From positions 186,001 to 250,000 of the forward strand of contig JAYWIR010000049.1 of NCBI GenBank assembly GCA_036172245.1: a DNA stretch of 64,000 nt, read 5' to 3'. Numbering within the stretch: position 1 is the first letter of the stretch; every line of letters begins with the position of its first letter. Under the pieces are notes generated by a model. That model saw nothing but the letters and a program-made list of their open reading frames with translations. It did no database searches and was not told the origin of the DNA. The DNA comes from Raillietiella orientalis. Lineage: Eukaryota. Positions 49,751 to 62,009 of the stretch are shown here, piece by piece. A program made the position numbers and the translations under genes.

Positions 49751-50499
49751 AACGAACGATGCCATGGGAAACGGGTAGGTCGCCACGTAGGCGGCCAATC
49801 AGAAATTGTAGTCTGACTGCCGTTTGCCGCTGCCAACGAAATCGTAGGAATCTTGGGATCTTCATCTTCCGCGAGCTAGGATTCGGGATTCTGAAGATAG
49901 AGAGATACGACGACCTTCAATGCTTCCGCTCTGGTTCTCCTTTGCCGTCGTTCCCGACCGGTTCCTGTCCTTTGCTGTCCCATTGGAAACATCAGAATCG
50001 CCCGCTGCTGCTGGTGAAGTGTTTTGCGTTGAAAAAAAGAAAAAAGAAAAAACCCGGCTCCCCCACCGCCGCTCAGCTCAGTAGTTCCATGCGTTGAGCC
50101 CATTAACTGACTTCGGCATGGGGTAAGTCGAAAAGGCAGTGATGGATTGTCGCCAAGGTCGCAACGAGATTACCCAGACGTCTAATTATTTCGCCGCACC
50201 TCGAGACCAGGACGAAAAAAAAAAGGAAAAAGGAGAAAAAAGAAAAGATAAAGAGAAGAAAAAGAGTAGGGGATTTTCGCCTCGAATGGCACGGTAGCTG
50301 TGCAGCGGCGTCGAATTTCTTTCTTTATCTGTTTTTCTTTGTCGCTCCCTCCGTTGCGGAGAGGCTGGGCGGCGCGCGCTGTGCTCCAGGCAGCTCATGA
50401 AGCGAAACCATAAATCATGGCGAGTAATCAATAAATGATCTTCGAATGAATTGCAATTTTATAAATCATGCGCGTTATCCTGTCTGGATAAACTCCACT

Positions 50500-51100
50500 T
50501 AAGGACATGGCATTTTTCAATCATCGATCAAGCTCTGCCCTCCTCGCCCGGCTTCCCGGAAGCAGTAGGGAATTCTCGCCACCTTCCGAACTTTCCCCGG
50601 CGGCAGCTTCCGGCACGTGAAATTCGCCCGGGACGGCGGTTTCTTCCTCCTCGGAGGAGCGGTGAAACTCTGACGGCGTGTCTCTGGAGGGGAGCGGGCC
50701 GAACGCCGAGTGGACGACGACGGAGCCTGTGGCGCTGGGCTCTCGCGGACCCTTCGAGGGCAAAAACAATGGGCTCGAGGTAGCTGCGTCCACCGCTCCA
50801 GGGTGAGAGGGGAACAGCAGGTTTCCGGTCTCAGAGGGGTGCCAAGGGCGCGCTTGGAGGAAGTCGGCGGTCCGACCCCCTTGAGCTCGGCACAGCATGC
50901 GCATCTCCCAGCGCAAAATTCCGTGCCCGTGGCTGCTACGGTGCCCCCTCCCTCCCACATGTTAGGAGGGCATCCCCGAAGACCTCGCTGCGTCGAGCGG
51001 GGTGGACGTCCACTCGCCGACGCAGCGCGCTCGCGACCCCTCGAGGGTGAGCGGCGAACGTCCCCCGTAGAAACGGCGGTGGCGAACAGCCCTGGGCGAA
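50500..51100 (-). mobile_element. Decayed APE endonuclease fragment
   Basis: FALGDAHAV..GSDR (GDFN-like) followed by an RID-like remnant. Confidence 0.45.
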
Positions 51101-51134
51101 CCGCTGAAAAGGTCGACTGCGTCTCGCGTGAGCC

Positions 51135-51790
51135 ACTGGCTCAAGGGTCCACGTCGGTGGCCGTGCGGCTGCGGTCTTCGCGCGTGTCACCAAGCGCTGA
51201 GGGTCCGAATTCCGTCCAGGGGAGAAATGGGTGAGTCGTTGGTTCGAGTTCCCCCCGCGAGACGACGCTGGCTGGCCTCGGCTGGCTTCGCATGAGGCAC
51301 TGGCAGAAGCAGACGGGTGCTCCCGTTGGCCGGTCGGGATTGGAAGTCGATCCTACGGGATCCTTCCAGGACATCAACTAGCCTTTCCTTGCGTTTGTGA
51401 AGATGGACCCGTTACCATGGAGTTATTGGTACTTGCTTCAGGCGGTCACCTCTCCGTATTTTAGGAAGCGAGCTGCTCCCTTCAGGAAGCACTTCTTCAG
51501 GGTTCTCTTCAGAGGAAGAGCAAGGAGCGGTTCCCTTGCAAGTGCCCTCCGAGAAAGGAAAATTCCAGGAGCGGATCGTTTCTGCATTCCCTTCGGAGAA
51601 GAAACGAGAGTGGTCCCCACAAACCGAGGGGTCTTTCCGGAGAGAAACAAGGAGAGGGTTCTCTCATAAGCCTAAGAGGAACAGACTCCTTCCTTCGGAG
51701 CCTTCCTGGATTCGTAGAATAGTCCTCTACCAAGGCACCTCCCGCCCTGTGTGAAGCGGGCACCTCCAGAAGCCCTGCAGAGGCGGAGGA
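51135..51790 (+). mobile_element. tRNA-derived SINE, copy D
   Basis: A-box-like tggctcaagggt, head cgtcggtggccgtgcggctgcggtc..caccaag..ggtccgaattcc, and body blocks gagaaatg, cgctggctggcctcgg, gcgagctgctcccttc, ttctcttcagagg and gagccttcctggattcgtag shared with the other copies. Confidence 0.75.
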
Positions 51791-51799
51791 AGTTACCGC

Positions 51800-52250
51800 C
51801 TCCGATTCTGATCCTCCGGTGTATTTGCAAGTAAGAACTTTGCCATGAGTGTCCGGGCCAAGAGCTGGCGACCGGAAGGCAAATCTCCCGCGGAGACTGC
51901 CGTCCCCGCAGGAGGCGGCGGTTCCTGCAGACAGCGCACTTTCGAGAGTCACGGAGTGAGCCACTGGGCGAAGGCGCTTTCCCCGCCAAGCCCGCAGGTC
52001 TGCGGCTCCGCGTGGAATGGAAAGCGCGCCCGTCGACGGCCTCGTCCGTTGGCGAAACGCCGTTCGAGGCGCTTTTCGCTCCCCTGCGCTCCGTTCCCAA
52101 CGGAGGCGAACCGCCTCGCGTGTACCGCAGCGTTTCCCGACTCGGCGGCCGCCGGAAGCGCTCCAACCCTTTCGTCACTGGCAGACAACTTCGGAAGAGG
52201 GGCGGCATCACCGCGCTTTGCTCTTTCGACTCTATGCTTTTAAGCATAAC
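51800..52250 (-). mobile_element. Zinc-knuckle ORF1 fragment (L1/Tx1 gag-like)
   Basis: GNG..KRLERRFANG..RFPFHAEPQTCGLGGESAFAQW..SKVRCLQEP matches the Y.GQP.TC..CG..GH..C pattern. Confidence 0.5.
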
Positions 52251-52299
52251 CGCGGCGGTTCTGCGGCGCTGGTTCTGCTGCTGAGAAAGTTCGTGGTTT

Positions 52300-53900
52300 T
52301 CAATCAGTCTTTGCGAGGGACAAACAAGAGACTTTTTAGTCACTCCTTGTCAGGGGTGATGTCTAAGGCGAGGCAAGACCTCATCGTCCGGAGAGAAGGG
52401 AATGTCATCGTGCCACGTGCCTCTCTTTGAGTAAGAGGATGCGAAAGATGGAAAGAGTACTTAGGACACATCCTCGAGCGAAGGTGTGCTTCCGGGTGCT
52501 CACCGTGCTGGGATCACGTGCCCCTCTGGGTATCAGGCAGAGGCAGTGGGAGAGGAAGAGCAGAAGAAGTAGAGCGACTACCGGGGACTGGCCCTGCATT
52601 CCTACTCTGGAGTCGCTCTCGCAACAGGCAGGGTATCCTTCGTCGGAGCGCAGGGATGAGTGGGCAGCGACAAAGCCACGAGGGAACTGCCGGAGGGTCA
52701 AGAGGAGCGGAGAGGAAAGGAAGCGGTGCGGCCTCACGTCCAGCGTTCCGGAGGTGGTGTGCTGGAAGGGTACTACTACCGGCAGCTAGGGGGCACCTGG
52801 ATAAACATCAGTTCTATCAAGGGGGTTAGCAGACCGGTCGAGAAGACGGTGAACGATTCTCCCTTCCGATCCGCTTGCAATCCACCATTTTGAGATGGGT
52901 GGAATCTTCAGGATCTGGATCAAATGTGCTGCAGATCTGAAGAAGCGGGTGGTGGGTCAGCGCTTTCAGTGGTGGTGGATGCCGCCGTTTCTGATGGTTT
53001 TCCCGTGCTTCTTGTGTCTTCTTCAGCGCTGTGACTCCCGTCGGTGAGCTCTCTGGTGTAAAGGGACCTCCAAGGCGTGACGTCTTGGAGCTGGTCGCTT
53101 CTTGCTGGTACAGGTGTTTCGTGTTTCTCTGCGGGATCGCGGGATCGAACACCTTTTATTGGGCTGCGGCGCCTTCGCGGACATCTGGTGGAGACCGACG
53201 TCGGCGGTCAGGCTACCGGGAAAACTGCGCTAGGGATTCGTTGCAGCGTTTCTTCAAGGCAAGACAGGATGAGTCCGCGCTATCGACACCACCGCGCCTC
53301 GCGCTGGAGTCCCGGGTGCAGTGAGTCAAGCAGCAAGTCGCCAGGGGGGATGCCGCCGCATCCAGCTCCAGCTCTGGGAAAGGGACGAGCATTTCCTCCA
53401 ACATGCAAAGAATGGAAATGGACAGCAGCTGACTCCTATCCATTTCCATTCTTTTCATGTCCTCTCCATCGCACTCCTCACTGCCCTCTCTGAAATCCGG
53501 TCCGCGAGCCGGCGGCCATTCCCGTCGAACGCCTTTTCCGGCACCCGCGCTCCCAGCTTGCGAGTTGATTTTTCGAAACAGTGGTTCCCACGTGACCAAG
53601 TGGTAGCAAAGGAAAATGCATCGGAGCGGCCGGTGTGGCTTTATGGAAGAGGCCTGGTGCCAGGGAGACGAGAGCGCTCTCTCCCCACTGCCAGGAAGCT
53701 CTCATTTCGCCTCGGTCTGCGAGCGTCCCGGGACCGTCCAGATGCCGCGGCGGGACGAGGATGGTCCGCGGACACCGCTTCGAAGAGGTCACATGGAGGA
53801 GGTCCTGGATTCACTTTGGCTGGAAGGACGCGGCACCCTCCCGCTTCTTCCAGGACTCCCCACAGGGCTCCCATCTTCGTGATGTTTTTGTGTGACGTCA
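52300..53900 (-). mobile_element. Heavily decayed non-LTR ORF2 fragment(s)
   Basis: LGGPFTPES..TALKK (pre-RT) remnant. The 3' part resembles 61400-61570 (cgtgg.ttt, gtccc.gg..ag.cg.ct). Confidence 0.35.
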
Positions 53901-53999
53901 CAAAAGGAGGTGCCAGCCTCAGAGTCCGCTAAAAACTGACAGGGATGGTTCAAATGCAGAGGGGAGGTCATTTGTGGACGATTGACTTCCTTTTAAGGA

Positions 54000-54620
54000 T
54001 TTTTATGCTTTTCTATTTTTACAATTTCGATTATACGCAATCACAATTACACATAACTTAGTAACATATACATAATCAAAATTATATATGTATATATTTT
54101 GATTATACACAATATATACGCATATAATTTTGATTATGTATATATATCATCAAAATCATATATGTGTATATAGATGAAGTTAGCGAAAGTGATGAAGTTA
54201 TATATATATATTATACATATGTATAATCAAAATTATACATACATACACATATATATATATTTATATATATGTACGTGTAATTTTGATTGTATACACATAT
54301 TGAAAATTATGCATGCATATATAAACTGAATTACAAAAATTAATTGTAATAATGATGTATATACAGTTTTTATTGTGTACATAAAATAAAAATTATAAGT
54401 GTATGTATTTATGATTTAATGACAACTAATTGCTATGTATACATATATATATATTTGATTATTTTTATATAGATGTATACAATCAAAATTATATATACAT
54501 ACATATAAGAATTCGTTTTGTTATATACACATATATAATTTTCATTTTGCATGATTTAAAATTAGAAAAAAAGTGAATAAATTATGAAAATTATATACAT
54601 GTATGTACATTTTAATTGAG
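54000..54620. repeat. AT-rich (TA)n-containing repeat with inverted aatcaaaattata/tataattttgatt units
   Basis: The motif recurs in both orientations. A 33-bp inverted repeat lies at 54066-54098 / 54111-54143. Confidence 0.85.
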
Positions 54621-55249
54621 AAAAAATAATCGTTACTTTTATTCCACAATGCACATCTGTCTTAATTGACCATTACTTAGTTATTGTATTTTTATAACTG
54701 ATTTCTGAAAGAGTCTTTGTAATGAAATCTTGAATGTTTTAGAACAGTGTGCCTTGAAAATGTAAGACCCTAAATGTTTTGAAGAATAATGAACAATTAG
54801 CAGTCCAAATTATAATAGGGCGTTTGCATTAAAGTCGAACCAAAAAAAACCTATTGAAGGGTTTAGTAAGTTCTGTTCTTTGCAATATCTGTGTGTTAAG
54901 TTTCACGTGTTTGCTTTCTGCGTTGCTCATATGAGTCAAGAAAAGTATTTAATGAGGCCATTTTGTTCCCAACAATGAGGATGAGTTCGTTAGAATCGCG
55001 AATTGTTGAGATCAATTGTTAAGGTTGATTGTTAGGTTGTGAATATGACAGCACTAAATTTAGAATTCAATCGTTCTGGACGGCAATGAGGATTCTCACA
55101 CGTGGCTTTAGCGCGTTGGTTCAACCGATGAGGTCCACGAGTTTTGAGGACGCATACCACATATTGGATGATTTCTATTGCCCCCCTCCCCCCCCCCCAA
55201 AAAAAAAAATCGAATTAGTGGTTACTAATTGATATTCTCCTGCCGGGGC

Positions 55250-55800
55250 CATCAACCAGCGAATCTGGCAATGGGTTCTGTGACCACCACCTCTCCCGGC
55301 GACCAGGAGGGATGAAGGCTCGTCCCTGAAGTCATCCACACCGCCGCATCGAGAGATCCAGCGGCCGCCCGCGACACCTGCAAACGAGGCAGCCACCTCT
55401 CAGAAAGACGGGTGGCCTTCGTCCCGGTGCCGGACCGCTACCGGGGGGCGGTAGAGGCGAAAGGAGCCCAAGCCGCCTCAGCTGGAGGGAGCACGAAGGC
55501 AACGGGAATTTGGCCAGGAATGCTTCTCCTCCGAAGTGCACAGGTGGGAAAAGGAAGGAAGGAAGGGAGGGGTCGTCTCCGGTACCCAAGAGGGATGCTA
55601 CCCTCGCCGCGAGTGAAGTTGCGAGAGGCATCTCCATGCCCTCTGGAGCAGCTGGTCTTTCGTGGACGAGCGGTAACGTTCCCGATTCCCAAGTCATCCA
55701 GGTCGCCTTCGTCCCAGATGGGACCACTCTGCCATTGAAGATTCCAGGAAGGCTCTCGGCGCTACGGCGTGGCGCATACAGACGGACGGGACCTACCTCC
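55250..55800 (-). mobile_element. Decayed RT fragment
   Basis: LLGTGDDP at the YADD position, followed by AFLAKFPLPSCSLQL. Confidence 0.3.
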
Positions 55801-56199
55801 CCAGCATGCTAATCCTGTGGCCAGTCGCAGCCTCGGCTGCCGACTTGCTGGCAGGGAAGCGGACCAGCTGTGGTGACGCGCTCGCCGGAGTGCGAAGAAG
55901 GGGCGGCGAGTCAGTTGCTGGCCGGACCGGCCTTCCTGCTTCAGAGAGGCAAGTGGAACGCAACGCGACTCTTCGCACGCCGGGAAGGAAGAAGGAGGCT
56001 GCGGGAAGCGAGCGGCGGTCGGCGGGACGACGCAAGCTATTCCCTTCCCTGGAAGGGACTCCAGCGGGGTCGCTGGGCGACTGCCTCCTTGGAGGTTTCG
56101 CTCCCGGTCCTGCCGAGACATTTACTTTAATAAATCACAAGCCAAAAAAAAAAGGAAGTTCGCTGGGGGCGACTGCCAGCTCGCGGGTCAGCTTCTAAG

Positions 56200-56800
56200 G
56201 AGAGAGAAGGAGGGGACAATAAACAAACTGAAAAAGGAAAGAGGGTAGGGACGGAGGGGCTCTTTAGTTGCAGCTTTTCCTTCTTGCAGTTGGCGCTGAA
56301 TGCTGGCTATCTCCCTGGCGGCTTCTTCCTCATGCAGATGAGGCCACCACCTCGCAACCGTCCTCGTTGAGGCGGCTGCCATGTTGGTGGCCTCCCTTCG
56401 CTGCGAACGGAACCCCGTCACGGAGTGCAGCATCTCAGGGCGGTCACGGCGCGGCTTCTGAAGTCAGATGCCTAAGGACAGCGACTTTCCAGCAAGACGA
56501 CGGATGCACTGCGGCGTCGGAGGCAGGAAGAAACTTCCGTGCGCGTGGACAACTCGTCAGCTCACGGACGCTGCGACCCCGAGTGTCCCACCAAAAAGAC
56601 TATCACGCTGAGGCGAGCTGCTCGCGATACCTTTGGAGGAGATGAAGTGGCCCCCAGCGTGCTCGAACAGTGGCGCCTTGCCCTCTTCTGCCTCCCTGTG
56701 AACTTGCATGCTCGGCGGCAGGAATGTGTTCGCGAGCTCGGCTCAGTAGCACCAGCCCTGAAGATCTCGTTCTGGTTCAGCTGTCTGAAAGGATACCCCT
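56200..56800 (-). mobile_element. Non-LTR ORF2 3' end
   Basis: Terminal ccagcattcagcgccaactgcaagaagg..ctccgtccctaccctct is shared with 982-1040 (+). Confidence 0.6.
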
Positions 56801-56899
56801 GCAATGAATCATCGATGAATCTACCAAGTAGCTCGGTGCCTCTGCCACATCTTCCGTCGCAGAGCTGTCTTACCTATGGGAAATCTGTGACAGTGGCCT

Positions 56900-57650
56900 A
56901 CCGGCTAGATGGGATTTCTCTGGCAACATCGCTGAAGCGGAAGAACTCCTAGACGGATTCTTTACGAAAATTCTGGCTGACGTGGCTATTTGCAAGCGAA
57001 AGGACATCTCCTGTGGGTCAACACTTGAAGTGCGCTTCCGGAAGAACTCTGTGTTTCTCCTGTATGTTGAGATTTTTCTGTCCTCCCTCTCCGGTGGCAA
57101 CACGAAGTGGTGCTTTTCGTTCATTGAAGGCTTTCCTGCAACGAACGCATGCACCACTCGACGAGTGGGAGTGTGTGTGTGCGGAGTGTGCGAAGTGCGG
57201 GGAGACCGAATCGCTCCCCACCTGCTGATGATCTGCGGCGTCATCCGTCCTTTGTGGAAGAGGCTGGCATCGGCTCTTCCCCATCCGAAAGATGCGCCTG
57301 ATGATCTGCTGCTCTGCTTCTTCATCCCAGACGGACTATCAGTTGCCTCCGTGATTGCAGCTTTGTGTTGAATCCGCGGCATCCTCACCGCTCGATACTC
57401 GATGGAGTTGCATCAGCGAGAGCAAGAGGCCACCTGCATCGCTGTGGTCTTTCTGAACAAAGCAAGCAGGTGGCCTCATCTGAAAGGAGTCAGCAGGGAG
57501 GACAACAACATCGGACGAACAATTTGGAACATAGTCAGCAATCCCGGTGTGTCCTATCCTGTTCACCGAAGATTTATGTATTTGTTGATCTTTCCACCCC
57601 CTTAATGCTGCAGACAATTCCTTCTCCGTCCTGCGAGTCGGCGAGTCCTC
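56900..57650 (+). mobile_element. Non-LTR ORF2 3' end with CCHC finger
   Basis: CAKCGETESLP/HLLMICGVIRPLWKRLASALPHP (57187-57290, one frameshift). Confidence 0.75.
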
Positions 57651-57749
57651 CCCTGTGAACTCCGTTTTGTTTCTGTTTTTTTCGATTCACAGGGGACGAC
57701 GCTCCTTGTTTTGTGGTAGTTTTATTTCATAATTAAAATAAACGACCCG

Positions 57750-58300
57750 ATGGGGTGTGTAAAGGTCTCGAGTGGCGGCAGTTGGCGTTGCTGGTTGCAT
57801 GGAGGAATTCCATGCAAAGCATAGCTTCACCACTGGACACGGGGGAGCGTGGATGCTCAGTGCGGCAGGTGCAAAAAGAAGGAGACCCTCCCTCACCTGC
57901 TGGTGGACTGTGCTGCCCACCGACCCCTTCGGGATCGCCTCGAAACGACGATGGAAACCCCAGTGGGTGCTTCCAGAGATATTTTCAAACCCCTCTTCGA
58001 GAGTGCCGCACTGCCGCCAGCCGAGTCCCTCGCAGTCCACTGCTGTCTTTGCGGGACATTGGAGGCCTGAAACGACAGAGAAAGAGGCCGAAATGGCAGG
58101 GACGCCATCCACTGAGAGCGGATCTTCTTGAAGACCTGCCTCGAGATGGTCACAACTAGAGAAGATACGGACAGAATCTGCCAGCATCCTACACAGGATG
58201 CTCAGGACGTCACTCAGAGAGACATGATCGCATCTTCGGTCCTCCCCCTCCCCAATGGAGCTTATCCACCCGTTTTTTTCTTTTTGTTTGTTTATTCCCC
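57750..58300 (+). mobile_element. Non-LTR ORF2 3' end with CCHC finger
   Basis: CGRCKKKETLPHLLVDC (57861-57911), similar to 41250-41600 (-). Confidence 0.8.
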
Positions 58301-58449
58301 CCTGTTTTGCTTCCCCGTCTCTGTAGAAACGGATCTCATCAGTCTACGTATCAGTGGTGACAAGTTCCGAACACGTGCTGCAGCCAAGTATTTCACCACA
58401 CCTGAACACTTCTAATGGAATTTTATCATTATTATTTTGTTTAATAATA

Positions 58450-59400
58450 AATGCCTTCCGGCAAAACCGGGTGGAAAACCTCAGCCCGCCTTGCGTGAAG
58501 AAGCGCCGCAGCGTCTCCGCAGCGCTGCCCTTTGGGTGGAGGAGAGCCGACTGAAGTCCCCACCAAATGTCCCCCAGGGCATCGCAGCCTAACAGGAGGT
58601 GAGAACAATCCTGTCTCCCCGCATATGAGACAGTTTGGGGAAGACCCTGAAAACCAGATGTCTTCTGTAGTTGCACTGGAGTCCCCAGTGCAGGAGCAGC
58701 AGAACATCCCCGTTTTCATCTCAACGGGAACTGCCGAAGTGCTCGTGAACGCAAGGAAAGGGCCACGAGTTCTTCGGAGGGCCACACATCGAGCAGGTCG
58801 CTCCCCACCGCAGGAGTCTCGGGAACGAGGAGCGGCGCGTCTGTCAACCCGCTCGTCTGGCAGCCGCGAAGGGCTGCCGCCATGTTGCAGGGGGACTTCC
58901 GCTTCGCCGATCGGCTGCTGCAGTCCGTTTGCCCCCGAGTGCAGGCGATGCCACAGCAAGCAGTGGCAAGACGGTCTATCCGGGACCACTGCGTCCAGTC
59001 CTGCAGGATTTCTCCCAGGAGAGTTCTCCAGGCGCACTTCCTCCAAAGTGGCTACCCAGGACTGCAGCACCGCCTGCTGTTCAGCGTCTCAATTTTGACA
59101 GCGGCAGGAGATCCAAGGACCTCCTTGCAGACGATGAAAGGCAGAAGCCTTGTCTCTCGCTTCCTCGTTCTGCGTCCCTACAGCGGAGCAGAGCCACTTC
59201 CCCTCAGTCCGAACCTCGGCGGCCTCCCACGACCCCACAGTTTTTTTTTCATCTTTCCACGGCAACCGACTGCGAAGGACTGACCTCGGTGGTCGTGGTC
59301 ACCAAGAGGAATCTAAGCCATCTCGGCTCCCAGCTTTGACTTATCTGCAGAAGAACCCCTGGATCTCCATCGCTTCCACTAACTGGATGGCCTGGCTGCA
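58450..59400 (-). mobile_element. Non-LTR ORF2 3' half (thumb to CCHC)
   Basis: KKLWGRG..APL, VVPD, NCLICGE/HLLLGCDALGDIWWGLQSALLHP. Confidence 0.75.
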
Positions 59401-59449
59401 GAAGTGAGCTTCTGCATGGGGAAAAATCAACGGCACGGGCGAGGTGGAG

Positions 59450-60300
59450 TACAACTGCCCTCGGCCGTTGTTTTTTCGGAACAGCAGATACGCTTACCAG
59501 CCGCTGAAGGAGATCCAGGGGAACACCAGGAATCTACCGTGGGACTCGTTTATCCTCCCCTTTCCCAATGCTGTCCTCCCTAAGGGTGGCAATGGATAGC
59601 CAACTTTTAGCAAGGTGGAAAGTGAACTACGTGATAGGGAGCAGGAAAAAACATCTAGGTGCGTGGAAAACTCGGGAGCTGGAGGACGCCGCGACCTCGG
59701 GCGTCCTGCCTAACGGACTGCTACTCAGAGGAGAGCTACTACAAATTCCGACGGTAGAGCCACAGTGGCCTCCGATGTGTTGGAACAGTGCCACTCTTTC
59801 CCTAAAGTGGCAGGAGTCGGCGATCCTGCTGCTGCATTGGGACCTTCCGTGCAACGCCCGCCGACACCCTTGGACCCGGGGGAGTATAAGTCCAAACTAC
59901 GGCAGGTGCGGCGAGAGAGAGTCCTTCCCGTACCTGCTCATGGAGTGTGTTGCCCTCCGCCCCATATGGGAACGCTTTGCTGCGTCCTTTCGGATGGCCA
60001 AGGGCAACTCCAGATGCGTTCTGACTGGTCTCTTCCTGTGAGAAGCCCTCACGCTGGCCGCATCCTTAGCAGCACTGTGCGGGGTGGGACCGTGACTGCA
60101 TGGAGCCATGCCAGAGGAGGCCAGAACGACAGGGACGTCATCTATTTTGCTGTTCTCTTAATGAGGATAGTGTTAAGATGATCCCTTCTGGGAATCGTGA
60201 AACAGGAACTTGCGGCATCCTTACAGAAATGTAGAGGACACCCTCCAGCACCCTGTGACCCCCTCCCGATCCTCCCCATTCCATTTTTTGACTGCATGTT
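59450..60300 (+). mobile_element. Non-LTR ORF2 3' end
   Basis: AWKTRELEDAAT..SLKWQESAILLLHWDLPC..GRCGERESFPYLLMECVALRPIW is clearly homologous to 41400-41950 (-). Confidence 0.8.
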
Positions 60301-60539
60301 TTTTGTTCTATTTTCTTTTTCTATGCTTCCCCTTACCCTGTGCTGCCGTGGCGAACCTCGCCAGCCTGCATGCCAGTTCCCGGCAGGTTCCTTCTCATAA
60401 TTATAAGTAACATGGCAGGATCACGCATCTTGCGACTGATGTCAGTTTTATTTTTAACAAATCAACGTCCGGAGTGGCCAAGTGTCAACCCACAGATGTC
60501 TCCGCTGAAAGCAACACCCGACTGTCCATTCTTTTTCAG

Positions 60540-60960
60540 TCCTCAAGCTTAGCCTCAAGCTGATAGCTTTATTCTTCATGGATCTGGTGAAAAGCGGAGG
60601 ATTCTCCAGGCGGTGCATACTTCCAGCAGGCATCCCCGCTCCATACGTGGAGCAGCCATGAGATGCCTCTCCTGTTTCCACATGCCGCTTCGGGACACCT
60701 GACTTACGGATCATCCCATCATTCCGTGCGTCCCGTTTTCCTGGCTCGAAGACCACAATAGCTCTAGCTAGATACCAGTCTGATGTGCTTTTCTTCTTTC
60801 TCACCAAAAAGGCGATCTCCTGGTACTTCTTCCGTTCTTGTGAGGCTGCGTTCCCCTTCGGCTTTGTCGGAGAGGAACCTTCTAGGATGACCATCTCATC
60901 CACCTTCTGCGGCACCTATCGGGCCCTAAGCTGGATTTACGCCCGTTGTCTCTCCCGCGG
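60540..60960 (-). mobile_element. Non-LTR RT N-terminal fragment (domains 0-2)
   Basis: RKSSLGPD (KSPGPDG-like), IAFLVRKKK..DWYLARAIVVF. Confidence 0.55.
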
Positions 60961-61299
60961 TCTTTTCTCCACCCGTTTCCGCAGATGATGCGGATCGCGG
61001 GGAAATGTATCGAGTGGAGCTATCTTCAGAGCCACCGGAGCTCTGGAGGCAGCCGGATTCGTACGGAAGGCTTGCGAAGAGGTCGTCGGTCACGCGGCAT
61101 GTGGTTTCCACCCGGTCTCTCCGAGGCTCTTTCTGTAAAAAACAAAAAAAAAAAAAGAAGAGTGAGGAGGGGCGAAGGAAGCTGCCAGCAGCCGCAAAGA
61201 GCCGACGAAAGTCCCCTGGACGACTGCCGCTCATCTACCCGGCGAACTCCCTCACAGAGGGCGGCGGGGAAGCAAGCAAAATGAGCGACGTGGGAGGAA

Positions 61300-61900
61300 G
61301 TCCCCGGGATCCCCTGCCAGGATCCTGGCGACCTCCTCATGGCTCAGGGATGTCTATCCCACTGCCGTCTGCGCAGAGAAGAAGGGATGATGCCTCTCAT
61401 CTCGCTCGGACCTCTGCCCACCGTGGTTTCGCCCCGCTGCGCGTAGCCGCGCAGGCGCCGCGGCTCCCATGCGCGAAGAGGCGGCTCCTCGCCGTGGTCC
61501 TCCGGGTGCGTCCAGGGGCAGAAAACAAGAGTCGGACTGGACGCGGTGGTCCCGGACAGCCGTCTCGCCCTTGTTTGCCTCCTGCACTCGGGGGCAAACG
61601 GACTACAGCAGCCGACCGGCGGGTTAGGAGTCCCCCTGCAACATGGCGGCATCTCTCCGTGTCTGCAAGACAAGCGGGTTCGAGGACGGAGCCTCAGCTC
61701 GTTTTCGGGACTCCTCCAGTGGGGAAAGACCTTCTCGGTGTGTGGGCCCCCGAAGAACTCGAGGCCCTTCCCTCGCGTGAACAAACACTTCGGCAGTTCC
61801 CGTTGAGGTGGAAACGAGGAAGCTCTGCTGCTCCTGCGCTGAAGATTCTATTGCGACTGGCAAGGACACTTCGGAGGGTTTTGCTTCTTTATCTTCCAAG
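61300..61900 (+). mobile_element. Non-LTR ORF2 fragment, inverted homolog of 58680-59070
   Basis: Near-colinear DNA with 58680-59000 reverse complement (gtggtcccgga, cctgcactcgggggcaaacggact.cagcagccga, agtccccctgcaacatggcggca, cacttcggcagttcccgttgag). Confidence 0.8.
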
Positions 61901-62009
61901 TGCTGAACAATCGTCCGCCTCTCTAGAGAAAGGGGAAGTGGTCCAGTCCATGAAGCTCTTTGACGCTATTGCGCGCCGCCCGAGGGTGTGTGTGACTCTT
62001 TAAGCTAGG

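Noticed and set aside
61005..62003. Longest ORF in the track (332 aa) and other long Arg/Pro/Ser-rich ORFs
   Set aside because: These are GC-rich chance frames over decayed LINE sequence, often with non-ATG starts, and show no coherent protein family.
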